Positions 26,042 to 38,715 of a stretch of DNA of 44,127 nucleotides are shown piece by piece. Positions within the stretch are counted from its first letter, which is position 1. Each line of letters starts with the position of its first letter. Source of the DNA: Octopus bimaculoides (taxonomy: Eukaryota); NCBI RefSeq assembly GCF_001194135.2, contig NC_068984.1:110159149-110203275 (forward strand), given 5' to 3'. The notes under the pieces are model-generated. The model was not told the origin of the DNA, did not search any database, and saw only the letters and a program-made list of their open reading frames with translations. The position numbers and the translations under genes were made by a program.

Positions 26042-26613
26042 NNNNNNNNNNNNNNNNNNNNNNNNNNNNNNNNNNNNNNNNNNNNNNNNNNNNNNNNNNN
26101 NNNNNNNNNNNNNNNNNNNNNNNNNNNNNNNNNNNNNNNNNNNNNNNNNNNNNNNNNNNNNNNNNNNNNNNNNNNNNNNNNNNNNNNNNNNNNNNNNNNN
26201 NNNNNNNNNNNNNNNNNNNNNNNNNNNNNNNNNNNNNNNNNNNNNNNNNNNNNNNNNNNNNNNNNNNNNNNNNNNNNNNNNNNNNNNNNNNNNNNNNNNN
26301 NNNNNNNNNNNNNNNNNNNNNNNNNNNNNNNNNNNNNNNNNNNNNNNNNNNNNNNNNNNNNNNNNNNNNNNNNNNNNNNNNNNNNNNNNNNNNNNNNNNN
26401 NNNNNNNNNNNNNNNNNNNNNNNNNNNNNNNNNNNNNNNNNNNNNNNNNNNNNNNNNNNNNNNNNNNNNNNNNNNNNNNNNNNNNNNNNNNNNNNNNNNN
26501 NNNNNNNNNNNNNNNNNNNNNNNNNNNNNNNNNNNNNNNNNNNNNNNNNNNNNNNNNNNNNNNNNNNNNNNNNNNNNNNNNNNNNNNNNNNNNNNNNNNN
26601 NNNNNNNNNNNNN

Positions 26614-27110
26614 ATTTAGAATTCTTATAAAGTATTTTTCTTTTACATTTTGTAGTTGATCTTTTCCTCTTTTTTGGGGGAGAAAAGGGAATATTTTGAA
26701 TTTTCTGTTTTACTAAATGCCTAGATGTCTCCTACATGGAACATTACTAAGAGATGAATCATTAATTTGCTGTTTGCTCATGTTCACATGACTGGTTAAT
26801 TTTGTTCCTGTTTCTCCAATGTAATTCTCATTGCATTGTGGGCATGAGATGTAGTAGATGAGATTTGTTTGCTTTGAAATTCATGTTTGCATTCACTCTC
26901 AATTCCTTCCAATTCTTGAATCTTTTGGTTGTTCCTTGTTTAATTATTTCATGTGTCCCTCTATGAGTGTCCCTATAGTTTGTCATCTGCATTGTCTTTT
27001 TCTTTGATGTAAATCTCAGCTTTGTTAGGAATCTCTTGAGATTTGGTGGTTGTCTTCAGCTGTTGATGGTTTGTGATTTTTTAATGCATTAGTTGAAGAT
27101 TTATTCTTTT
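26614..27110 (-). mobile_element. Penelope-like element remnant, GIY-YIG endonuclease C-terminus
   Basis: Minus-strand NLIYYISCPQCNENYIGETGTKL ... KFKIFPF ... KEKYFIRIL (GIY-YIG with CxxC, typical PLE C-terminus); frameshifts and stops present. Confidence 0.85.
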
Positions 27111-27111
27111 A

Positions 27112-27385
27112 TTCATTTATTCTTTTACTTGTTTCAGTCATTTGACTGTGGTCATGCCGGAGCACTGCATTGAAGGGTTTTAGTTGAACAAATCAACCCC
27201 AGGACTTTTTTAAAGCCTAGCACTTATCCTGTCAGTTACTTTTGCTGAACCAGTAAGTTATGAGAATGTAAACACACCAACACCTTAAGTGATGATGGGG
27301 GACAAACACACAAAGACACACACACATAAAAGCATACATGTATATACATTGTACTTCTTTCAGTTTCTGTCTACCAAATCCATCT
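27112..27385 (-). mobile_element. 3' two-thirds of a family C SINE
   Basis: cttttacttgtttcagtcatttgactgtggtcatgccggagcac...tcagtttctgtctaccaaatcc. Confidence 0.85.
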
Positions 27386-27438
27386 TTCTCGGTATGACTC
27401 GAGAAAGTAACTTTACCTTTACTTTTTATGCTCTGTAC

Positions 27439-28672
27439 CAGTGTTTCTCAACCTTTTTACCCTTGCTTAACTCTTAAAATAAATTACATGTCTCAAGGAA
27501 CCCCTGCACAAAAAAAAACAACTTATAAACCATATCTTTGTCACATTTTTTTCATCATAATTCACATGATACATATCATATATAGATATATATATATAAC
27601 AATTAGAAAATGGAGGATAATATGCTGAACCCAACTATTTGCAGACGGTGTATCCCGTTGAATTCATTAATTTAATTCATAGCAAAAGTGACAAAAAAAA
27701 GAAAGAAAAAGAAAGAAAGAACCAAAGCACAGGTGTCTATGGCAGACTATGTTATTTTGCCAACCTGGTTTACATATAGAAGTACAAAGTACATAAGGAA
27801 NNNNNNNNNNNNNNNNNNNNNNNNNNNNNNNNNNNNNNNNNNNNNNNNNNNNNNNNNNNNNNNNNNNNNNNNNNNNNNNNNNNNNNNNNNNNNNNNNNNN
27901 NNNNNNNNNNNNNNNNNNNNNNNNNNNNNNNNNNNNNNNNNNNNNNNNNNNNNNNNNNNNNNNNNNNNNNNNNNNNNNNNNNNNNNNNNNNNNNNNNNNN
28001 NNNNNNNNNNNNNNNNNNNNNNNNNNNNNNNNNNNNNNNNNNNNNNNNNNNNNNNNNNNNNNNNNNNNNNNNNNNNNNNNNNNNNNNNNNNNNNNNNNNN
28101 NNNNNNNNNNNNNNNNNNNNNNNNNNNNNNNNNNNNNNNNNNNNNNNNNNNNNNNNNNNNNNNNNNNNNNNNNNNNNNNNNNNNNNNNNNNNNNNNNNNN
28201 NNNNNNNNNNNNNNNNNNNNNNNNNNNNNNNNNNNNNNNNNNNNNNNNNNNNNNNNNNNNNNNNNNNNNNNNNNNNNNNNNNNNNNNNNNNNNNNNNNNN
28301 NNNNNNNNNNNNNNNNNNNNNNNNNNNNNNNNNNNNNNNNNNNNNNNNNNNNNNNNNNNNNNNNNNNNNTGATAAACAAAGTACAGAAAACACACAGGCC
28401 ACATAGAGAACATTTCCTTCATCAGCTGCCACCATTCTAACACTGGTGTTTCGAAGAGTATACATATATATGGTTGTTATATATTTTTGATAACATAATA
28501 GGTTAGATGATGTCTATATTACAATATTACAATAAACAATAATATGTTGTGCATGTATAGTAATACTACGATCATGAAACTAGCATTAGCTTATCTCACA
28601 CTTTCTTGATTAACCCCTAGGCACCTTTTGTGGAAACCAAGGGTTCCGGGGAACTGTGGCTGAGAAACACTG
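27439..28672. mobile_element. Non-autonomous hAT (Charlie-like) element spanning an N gap
   Basis: TIRs CAGTGTTTCTCAACC / GGCTGAGAAACACTG; TSD ctctgtac (27431-27438) / ctctatat (28673-28680), 6 of 8 matching. Confidence 0.75.
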
Positions 28673-30385
28673 CTCTATATGATAAACCTTATGGGCACTA
28701 GCAGCAACATCAGTAACAGCAATAACAACAGTAACATCCGTAACTGAATAATATTGATACTTGAGTAAGTGTTAACATATTTAATGAAGCGTACACTGAA
28801 GATCATATTAGAAATAAGTTATATGGTTTGTAAAAGACAACATTAGCTCAATTGTAATAATGATGAAAAAAGTCGACTTCCATGAGAATAATTATAATTG
28901 TGATGATTATGATTATAGTGCATATTATATAGATTATCTGTAATCTCAATGTTGAGCAGAAGAAAACAGCAGAAAAGAAAAACAAATGAGATACCCCACA
29001 GAAATAGAAAAAGCAAAAGAAAAAAAAAAAAAGGAAAAAGAAAGAAAGAATGTATTCATATAAAATTTTCAATTTCATGAGAGAATATCTGTAATTTTCA
29101 GACAAGAATTAAACTTTAGCTCAAAGCTGTTTATTTAAATATTGAGACATTTTAATCAAAACATTTAAATAAACTCGCCTAAGGTTTCATGCCCAAGTGA
29201 GAAATCAATAATTATTTGTGATGAAGGAGACATGCTTCAAGAAATGAATTTAACTAAAATATTAGAATAAAAAGTAATATTACTGAACATATTTTATGGG
29301 TTTTATTCTGAATAATTTCAAATGGTGTGTCAATGTTCATTAAATATATACATATATATAGTCTCTTATATGTAAGTATATACACATACATACATACACA
29401 CACACACACACATATATATATATGCTTATTATATATATGTTTATATATATATATGTATATGTTTGTATATATATTTATATATACATATGTGTGTGTATAT
29501 AGGTGTGTGTATATAGGTGTGTGTATATATATATATACATATATATACATATATATACATATNNNNNNNNNNNNNNNNNNNNNNNNNNNNNNNNNNNNNN
29601 NNNNNNNNNNNNNNNNNNNNNNNNNNNNNNNNNNNNNNNNNNNNNNNNNNNNNNNNNNNNNNNNNNNNNNNNNNNNNNNNNNNNNNNNNNNNNNNNNNNN
29701 NNNNNNNNNNNNNNNNNNNNNNNNNNNNNNNNNNNNNNNNNNNNNNNNNNNNNNNNNNNNNNNNNNNNNNNNNNNNNNNNNNNNNNNNNNNNNNNNNNNN
29801 NNNNNNNNNNNNNNNNNNNNNNNNNNNNNNNNNNNNNNNNNNNNNNNNNNNNNNNNNNNNNNNNNNNNNNNNNNNNNNNNNNNNNNNNNNNNNNNNNNNN
29901 NNNNNNNNNNNNNNNNNNNNNNNNNNNNNNNNNNNNNNNNNNNNNNNNNNNNNNNNATATATACATATATATAGTCTCTTATATGTAAGTATATATACAT
30001 ACATTCAAACATGCATAAATAAATAAATAAGCATTTGCATGCATACGTAAGTATCAATATAAATTCACATTTATACAGATAATTACTGATGCACTTAGAA
30101 GTGTTAGTAAATGTTTAAAAGATAAGGTTGAAAGTCTAGGGATTTCAGGCAAAGAAAGTAACCAGCTAAGATTTCAATTTGCATATGCAATCAATGAGAT
30201 GATGAGAGAAAAATAAATTGTACAACTTTATCTAAAAGTTCAGCATTTAAAAACTTAGCCTCGTTTTCTTATCCCTACTCTTGGTAACATCTGCAGGTGA
30301 CCTGGCTCTTAATATCAAAAGCTAGGTTGGACAAAAGTAACTGAGAATAAAATAACTAGTCAAGAAATGCTTTGTACCACAAGCA

Positions 30386-30658
30386 TACGAGGGATGTTCT
30401 TTAAAGATTTTCTCTGACTCACTTCCAGTAATTGCAGAAAACAGAACTTATATTGGTGTAATCATACATGTCTCTACATGTCACATTGTAAATTGCAGCT
30501 TTCTACTAGTATTCGTTTGTCTGTTAATGCTGCTGAAGTGGACTAAGGTGTTATAATGGAGGCAGTTGAACGCAGATCAGTGATCAGGTTCTTATATTTG
30601 AAAGGTTGTAGATCAAAAGAGACTTTCAATGAGCTGAAAGAAGTTTATAGTGATGATC
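30386..30658 (+). mobile_element. Mariner 5' fragment (left TIR plus transposase HTH start)
   Basis: TA-CGAGGGATGTTC TIR start; MEAVERRSVIRFLYLKGCRSKETFNELKEVYSDD is a mariner N-terminal HTH-like sequence. Confidence 0.85.
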
Positions 30659-32076
30659 GCACCATCATACGATGTAGTCAACCACCGACTAAATGCAACT
30701 CTGAATACTTTGGAATTTATTACTTGGTAATCTTGAGTTTAAACTCTTCTCCCGAACTCCAGAAGAGGATATTTGTACCATTGTTAGTATTTTAATCTAA
30801 GTTGTCATGTAAGTAAATTACTTGGTGACTTTGCCAGGTCTGTTTAAGTTGAATTATAGGCCCCACACTGCTTCCCTGGGAAATCAGTGAACTGGGACCT
30901 ACTGTATTTATTGACTGCAAGTCACAACATAAATAGCTCAGAATTGTGCCCTTAAACCCATGAGGATCCTGGTCAATTGCCCAGAGTTCCTAAGCCTTAA
31001 GATGGTACTGGACTTTACTAGAATTGGTGTCACAAAAATGCTGGAGTTAAGACCTTTGCTTAAAGAGTATTCTAAAGCATTACTTAACAATGTTACACGG
31101 AACAATTTAAAACATTGTCCAAGTAAGGTGGTTCAATTGTTTAGAAGGACCAATCACTGATGATATTATTGCAAAATAATTAGATGTTCTATTACAACTA
31201 TCATAATTCATTAGTCCTGTGTTCACCATATCTTTCGATATCAGACACCTGAAAATTAAAATTAGTTCAAAGAAAATAATTTTATAGTCTTTACAATACC
31301 TTTAACAATAATTCAAACAACCTCTTATCAAATTACCTGTTTTGCTAGACGTATCATTAAGCAATGATTCTAATTTATTTAGCAGCCTAACAGACTGCAA
31401 GATTGCAGCAAGTATAAGAAATTTCTGACACATATGTATATGTGTGTATATATATATATGTATATGTGTGTATATATATATATGTATATGTGTGTATATA
31501 TANNNNNNNNNNNNNNNNNNNNNNNNNNNNNNNNNNNNNNNNNNNNNNNNNNNNNNNNNNNNNNNNNNNNNNNNNNNNNNNNNNNNNNNNNNNNNNNNNN
31601 NNNNNNNNNNNNNNNNNNNNNNNNNNNNNNNNNNNNNNNNNNNNNNNNNNNNNNNNNNNNNNNNNNNNNNNNNNNNNNNNNNNNNNNNNNNNNNNNNNNN
31701 NNNNNNNNNNNNNNNNNNNNNNNNNNNNNNNNNNNNNNNNNNNNNNNNNNNNNNNNNNNNNNNNNNNNNNNNNNNNNNNNNNNNNNNNNNNNNNNNNNNN
31801 NNNNNNNNNNNNNNNNNNNNNNNNNNNNNNNNNNNNNNNNNNNNNNNNNNNNNNNNNNNNNNNNNNNNNNNNNNNNNNNNNNNNNNNNNNNNNNNNNNNN
31901 NNNNNNNNNNNNNNNNNNNNNNNNNNNNNNNNNNNNNNNNNNNNNNNNNNNNNNNNNNNNNNNNNNNNNNNNNNNNNNNNNNNNNNNNNNNNNNNNNNNN
32001 NNNNNNNNNNNNNNNNNNNNNNNNNNNNNNNNNNNNNNNNNNNNNNNNNNNNNNNNNNNNNNNNNNNNNNNNNNNN

Positions 32077-32119
<43 letters not shown>

Positions 32120-32376
32120 TGTTATACTCGGGCATGATTATCTTTTGCCAATTGAACACACACGATTCGATCTTCAGTTTGGTGTAATTATAATTTATTC
32201 ATCTGTCTTTTTTGTCTGCCAAAGTTCTTTCATCATACGTTCTGTGACCTCCTCAACGTCTCTCTGTCCCATAAGTCTCCTCATGTTCTGCCTGCTCCAT
32301 TTTGTCTCCTTGGTGGTGCTCCAGCACGACCACAGTTTAATGACTGAAACAAGTAACACACACACACACATACACT

Positions 32377-32433
<57 letters not shown>

Positions 32434-32446
32434 ACATATGAAGAGG

Positions 32447-32478
<32 letters not shown>

Positions 32479-32481
32479 AAG

Positions 32482-32512
<31 letters not shown>

Positions 32513-32542
32513 AAGAGAGATAGATAGATAGANNNNNNNNNN

Positions 32543-32617
<75 letters not shown>

Positions 32618-32619
32618 AA

Positions 32620-33282
32620 GTACAAGTATGTAGTGCACGCTCGTTGGATTTTTGTTTTCACCGAATGCATTGAACAGAGACCTTGCGTCCAGTTCTGCCA
32701 AAAGTTTCGTAATACTCATGCTGAAACCATCCAGAAGATCCTGCAGACCCTTGGCGATAATGCCATGGGAAAAACTCAGATCAGTGAATGGTACAACCAT
32801 TTCACACTTGCTCGCACTTCAGAAAATGGTGAGGTATCTCTCTGTTCCATGTGTCTCCTCTTGAAACAAGTAGCCGTTTTAGAAGGTTCGGCAAATAGTT
32901 ATGAAAGACCAACGTGTAACAATCCAGGAAATTATTTACAAAATGGGCACAGGTACGGGACCAGTGCATTCCAATATAACGGAGGATTTGTGCATGCAGA
33001 GAATGTCGGTGAAATTCGTCCCCAAAGTGCTGGCGGAGCAGCAGAAGCAACTCCTCATGGAAATCACTCAGGATATGCTGGACTAGGCAAGCCACAACCG
33101 AAATTTCATGAAGATCATCACCACTGGTGATAAGACATGCGTTTGTGGTTTCTGCTGGATGCGTTCGGTCATCTTGTGAAAAAACGAAAATTCGACGCGC
33201 GCGTACTACACGTCTGTTCTCTGGGCAGAATTAGTTTCGACGGGAAAAAATAAAGTCGGATACTTTTTAAACATACCTAGTA
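32620..33282 (+). mobile_element. Internally deleted mariner element with right TIR
   Basis: EQRPCVQFCQKFRNTHAETIQKILQTLGDNAMGKTQISEWYNHF; DQRVTIQEI..ITEDLCMQRMSVKFVPKVL; IITGD-like motif; ends aaagtcggatactttttaaacatacctag-TA. Confidence 0.88.
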
Positions 33283-33285
33283 TAT

Positions 33286-33592
33286 GCAACTCCGTCAGTT
33301 ATGACAACCAGGGTTCCAGTTGATCCAATCACCGCAACAGCCAGCTCGTGAAATTAACGTGCATAAGGCTTAGCACTCCACAGACACGTGTATCCTTAAC
33401 ATAGTTCTCAGGGAGATTCAGCGTGACACAGAAAATAACAAGGTTGGCTCTTTGAAATACAGGCACAGTTTATTTTTACCAGGTGAGTAGAATGGAGTAA
33501 TGTGAAATGAACTTACTTAAGCAGACAACACGCCGCAAGAAATTGAACCCACGGTATTACGACCGTAAGCCGAATACCCCAACCATTAATCC
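33286..33592 (-). mobile_element. SINE sharing the family B 3' tail with a different central region
   Basis: agggttccagttgatcc..gtgaaattaacgtgc..ttcagcgtgacacag is shared with family B; distinct middle; tRNA-like head at 33520-33592. Confidence 0.75.
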
Positions 33593-33709
33593 CCATGCCT
33601 TAACAATATGTATGTGTGTGTGTATCTGTGTGTATGTATACGTATGTATGTGTGTATGTATGATTTTATGTCCCTGTGTGTGTGTATATATATGTATGTG
33701 CGTGTGTGC

Positions 33710-33740
<31 letters not shown>

Positions 33741-34463
33741 NNNNNNNNNNNNNNNNNNNNNNNNNNNNNNNNNNNNNNNNNNNNNNNNNNNNNNNNNNNN
33801 NNNNNNNNNNNNNNNNNNNNNNNNNNNNNNNNNNNNNNNNNNNNNNNNNNNNNNNNNNNNNNNNNNNNNNNNNNNNNNNNNNNNNNNNNNNNNNNNNNNN
33901 NNNNNNNNNNNNNNNNNNNNNNNNNNNNNNNNNNNNNNNNNNNNNNNNNNNNNNNNNNNNNNNNNNNNNNNNNNNNNNNNNNNNNNNNNNNNNNNNNNNN
34001 NNNNNNNNNNNNNNNNNNNNNNNNNNNNNNNNNNNNNNNNNNNNNNNNNNNNNNNNNNNNNNNNNNNNNNNNNNNNNNNNNNNNNNNNNNNNNNNNNNNN
34101 NNNNNNNNNNNNNNNNNNNNNNNNNNNNNNNNNNNNNNNNNNNNNNNNNNNNNNNNNNNNNNNNNNNNNNNNNNNNNNNNNNNNNNNNNNNNNNNNNNNN
34201 NNNNNNNNNNNNNNNNNNNNNNNNNNNNNNNNNNNNNNNNNNNNNNNNNNNNNNNNNNNNNNNNNNNNNNNNNNNNNNNNNNNNNNNNNNNNNNNNNNNN
34301 NNNNNNNNNNNNNNNNNNNNNNNNNNNNNNNNNNNNNNNNNNNNNNNNNNNNNNNNNNNNNNNNNNNNNNNNNNNNNNNNNNNNNNNNNNNNNNNNNNNN
34401 NNNNNNNNNNNNNNNNNNNNNNNNNNNNNNNNNNNNNNNNNNNNNNNNNNNNNNNNNNNNNNN

Positions 34464-34509
<46 letters not shown>

Positions 34510-34541
34510 TCTGTGTGTGTGCTTCTGTGTGTATGGGTAAG

Positions 34542-34799
34542 CCAATAGATTCGAAATGTTACTCGACCGCCCCGTGCTATTCACACATAGCCAAAACCGA
34601 ACAAGTTCAGTTCACAGTCATGGAAAAAGGTTAAAGCACAGATGCCAAAGCTGCTTTACTACATCGCTGTATCGACACGTGTTGTTCTTGTTCCCGTTTG
34701 CATAGAGAGAACTGACCAGGATGTCCTTTGTTCCGCTGGTGGAGGGCAGCTCCCTTCCTGACCTGATACGTAATCCCAGTTCAGTGTATATATATCTAG
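34542..34799 (+). promoter_or_regulatory. Candidate promoter and first exon
   Basis: CCAAT (34542-34546), GC box ccgccc (34567-34572), Inr-like TCAGTT (34607-34612), locally CpG-rich, ATG at 34721 (MSFVPLVEGSSLPDLIRNPSSVYIYL), donor AG|GTAAGA at 34800. Confidence 0.3.
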
Positions 34800-35235
34800 G
34801 TAAGAGATCTGTCCTGTCAGATAGCCAGTGAGCTTAGTAACTGCTGACATGCAAAAGAACAGCAGTGTAGTTTCATGATAAATTATGCTATTGCTGGAGG
34901 TTACACATGGTCAGTACTGTTCCAGTCTTTTTGTTCTGACCAGTCAGCAGCCATTGTTTTTCGTTGACTTGACAGGAGAACAGTCGGTTGGTTGGTCGCC
35001 TTACGCTAAAAGAAGAATTATTTACTGGACGTCTTTCTCTCTATTTTTCACTCTCTCTCTCTTTCAATCACTCTTTTCATTCATACATACCTACATACAT
35101 ACATGCATACACACACTTATATATGTTTATGTGCATATATGTTTACGTACACACACTGACACTAACATATATATCATATAGGCATATATATATGTAGTAT
35201 GTGAAGACATGAATATGTGCGTATCAATATATAAG

Positions 35236-35276
<41 letters not shown>

Positions 35277-35549
35277 NNNNNNNNNNNNNNNNNNNNNNNN
35301 NNNNNNNNNNNNNNNNNNNNNNNNNNNNNNNNNNNNNNNNNNNNNNNNNNNNNNNNNNNNNNNNNNNNNNNNNNNNNNNNNNNNNNNNNNNNNNNNNNNN
35401 NNNNNNNNNNNNNNNNNNNNNNNNNNNNNNNNNNNNNNNNNNNNNNNNNNNNNNNNNNNNNNNNNNNNNNNNNNNNNNNNNNNNNNNNNNNNNNNNNNNN
35501 NNNNNNNNNNNNNNNNNNNNNNNNNNNNNNNNNNNNNNNNNNNNNNNNN

Positions 35550-35588
<39 letters not shown>

Positions 35589-36099
35589 CATACATACATA
35601 CATACATACATACTCACATTCACATATATCTTTGTAAGTCTGTCACTATCTCGGTGTTCACTTCTCACACACCTATTTCTTACTCATTCTCTCCTCTATG
35701 TATATCTCTTGGCTATATGCTCCCTCTTCAGCCTTTTCTCAACAATTCAATTTCTCACATATCGTTTCTTCCTCTCTTTATCAGAATTAAAGTTATTTCA
35801 CTTATTCATTCTGTTCCTCTCTCACTTTTCTGGGGGTTCTTTTGTCTTTTTTTTTGTCTTTTCTCAATCTCCTTCCCACTTCCTCTCTCACTTTGCGTCT
35901 CTCTTTCTCTTTCTCCCTCTCTGTTCACCACTGAATGTGAAACAAGATAGAAATAAAAATAGAAAAACATCCAATTTCGTCATGTCTACACCTTACCTCT
36001 CTTTCACATCCCTTGAGGACCACTAGTGTTCACTTGCATATCTGCATGATAGTCCATTATATAAGTTACTGTGTCTGTCTGTATGTCTGTCTCTTTCTC

Positions 36100-36420
36100 C
36101 CTTTTCGATGATCGCTCTTGTGGAGCGTTGGATGTCGTCTTCAGGATTCTGTCGGAGAGCGGGGCAGTTACGCGCAAACGTTGCTGCTCCGCACTAGCGC
36201 CTTCTCTTGAAAAATAGGACGAGATATTACTGGCAAAAACGTAACGTCACTATCTGTTTTCACACTTCTTTTTTTTTTTATCGTGTTCTCTCTTCTCTGA
36301 GAAACGAAACCCTGGACGAAGGACTACTCGATCATCCCTCGACGAAGAATGCAGCTATCAACATGAAATAACTCGAAAAGTAGGACTTATTGAACATCGA
36401 CACATAAAACATACACTGCG
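36100..36420. promoter_or_regulatory. CpG-island-like non-repetitive segment
   Basis: About 23 CpG in 36061-36420 by hand count, versus 1-2 in same-size unique blocks at 12001-12360 and 25501-25860. Confidence 0.45.
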
Positions 36421-37179
36421 GACTAAAGAACAGCATTGATGGCTACAAGTAGGCCTGGTACTTACTCGATCACAGGTGAAAGGGAGCAAGGTGAGACAGC
36501 AAACAAAGATAATTGTATTACTGATGAGTCTACAAAACTAAATTAGACAACAGAGGAGAATATCTAGTTAAGCGAGAGGCCTACTGGACAGTTAAAGATC
36601 ATAATGCTTTACTCCTAATCCCAGAAATAATCCTATAAGCACAACTAAGACAAGGATAGGACTAGTCAGTGAAAATGTCCCAGATAAAATTAACGACAAT
36701 TTTGGGACAGCATCTTAAAGACAATAATGGAACAACAACAATACAATAATAAGCTGGTTTAGTAACATAAATGTCAAATAAGATTTTAGATTCTCAGACA
36801 TGACATTGGCAATTTGCTTCGGACGATAACAGATCCATTTAGTATGTCTTATTGAATGATATAACAATAGAAATGACACAGACAGAGAAATCATTGTCCA
36901 CACTTGAAAGACTTTCTTCTGATAGCGACTGAGCCAGGATATGAAAGCAATAAACAAACACCTAACCTACCTGGTACATTTTTGATCAGTATAGGTAGTT
37001 CGATAGTGCAGATATAAGTGAATGCATCGGTCTATAAAAACCGGACGTTTTACAGAGCAGAATCACAAACTCAAGGAAGTGTGATTACTGATTGACCGTT
37101 GCACCACACGTCACTAGGAATGCATTTATATTATATTTATATAATTAAAAAAGATAAACGTCAAAACACCTTTAAGAAA

Positions 37180-37302
37180 CTACAGGGTGCGATGAATAAA
37201 CTGGTGGCAGCTGATGAAGGAAACGTTCTCTATGTGGCCTGTGTGTTTTCTGTACTCTGTTTATGTTCTGTTTTTCATTTTGTCCACGTTTTTTTTGTAA
37301 CG
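37180..37302 (+). repeat. Dispersed repeat, probably a Penelope-like 3' tail (second copy inverted at ~28370-28435)
   Basis: ggtggcagctgatgaaggaaacgttctctatgtggcctgtgtgttttctgtact is present in both places; starts with a hammerhead-like CTGATGA. Confidence 0.6.
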
Positions 37303-37365
37303 NNNNNNNNNNGATGTAGATATGTACATACAAGTACGTATATATGCATATACTCACATATTATT

Positions 37366-37437
<72 letters not shown>

Positions 37438-37454
37438 CATATGTGTATATATTC

Positions 37455-37655
37455 TTTTATCCTTTTAGTTGTTTCGGTCATATGATTGCGGCCATGCTGG
37501 AACATCGCCTCGAAGGGTTTTAGTCGAATAAATCCACCCATAAGACTTTAATCGTCCCGTGGCTATCGTAGAAGACACTTGCCCAAGATACCAAGCAGTG
37601 GGATTGAACTCGGAACTATGTGGTTGGGAAGCAAGCTTCTTATCACACCGCCTCA
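37455..37655 (-). mobile_element. Internally deleted family C SINE
   Basis: Tail gcggccatgctggaacatcgcc joined to head gtagaagacacttgcccaag..gtgggattgaactcggaactatgtggttggg. Confidence 0.8.
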
Positions 37656-37713
37656 TATACGTATGTATACACACACATACACAAACACAAACATGAACTT
37701 ATATACATACATA

Positions 37714-37742
<29 letters not shown>

Positions 37743-37749
<7 letters not shown>

Positions 37750-37937
37750 GTAGTATATTGCCACTTAAGTGTGGCTGACCCCTAGGGGTGGATGTTACTG
37801 TTGCTTTTAGCCCCAGGAGGACATCTCCTCCAGCTGGCTTATCGACACACGACTGTGTCCTGTTTGCCAAGGGAGTTATCCCTCTCANNNNNNNNNNGGG
37901 GTCAGCCACACTTAAGTGGCAATATACTACACTTTAT
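37743..37937. repeat. 40-bp perfect inverted repeat pair (MITE-like) flanking a 10-N gap
   Basis: ataaagtgtagtatattgccacttaagtgtggctgacccc (37743-37782) and its exact reverse complement (37898-37937). Confidence 0.6.
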
Positions 37938-37983
37938 CGTGCAGTTACTGTTAATACTTCATATAGAGAATTAACATTGCTTA

Positions 37984-38014
<31 letters not shown>

Positions 38015-38099
38015 GTGCGTATATGTATATATTGATACATACATATATATATACTGACATCATAATCATTTAGAAATTTCGAGAGAACGGAAAATAATT

Positions 38100-38520
38100 C
38101 TTTGTTAGAAGTGTGAAATTCGAAGCAAATAAAAGCAATTCTAGGATCGGAGGAAAGTATATTACATCGATCCCAGAGTTCAACTGGTACTTATTCTAAA
38201 GACCGCAAAACGATCAAAGGCAAAGTCGACCTTGTTGGCATTTGAAATCAGGACATAAAGAATGACGAAATACCGCTAAGTATTTTGCCCGGTGTATTAA
38301 CGGTTCTGCCAGCTCACCGTATTAATAAAGCTATGAATAATGGATTAAAATTTTGCCACATGGGCAGTAATTTTTGAAGGAGGCGATGAGTCGATTATAT
38401 CGACCCCAATGTTCAACTGGTACTTATTTTATCGGCTCCGAAAGGATGAAAGCAAAGTCGACTTCGGCGGAATTTGAACTCAGAACGGCGCGCTAACGAT
38501 TATGCCAGCTTGCCGCCTTA
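38100..38520 (-). mobile_element. Tandem pair of inverted family A SINEs
   Basis: Two copies of caactggtacttatt..aaagtcgac..atttgaa..cag..gccagct..cc followed by (taa)n. Confidence 0.85.
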
Positions 38521-38521
38521 A

Positions 38522-38715
<194 letters not shown>

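Noticed and set aside
17989-35950. ORFs of 150-375 aa containing X runs
   Set aside because: They are open only because they cross N gaps.
36523-36552. CTGATGA-GTCTA..TAGAC with a perfect stem II
   Set aside because: The following GAAA and cleavage triplet are missing.
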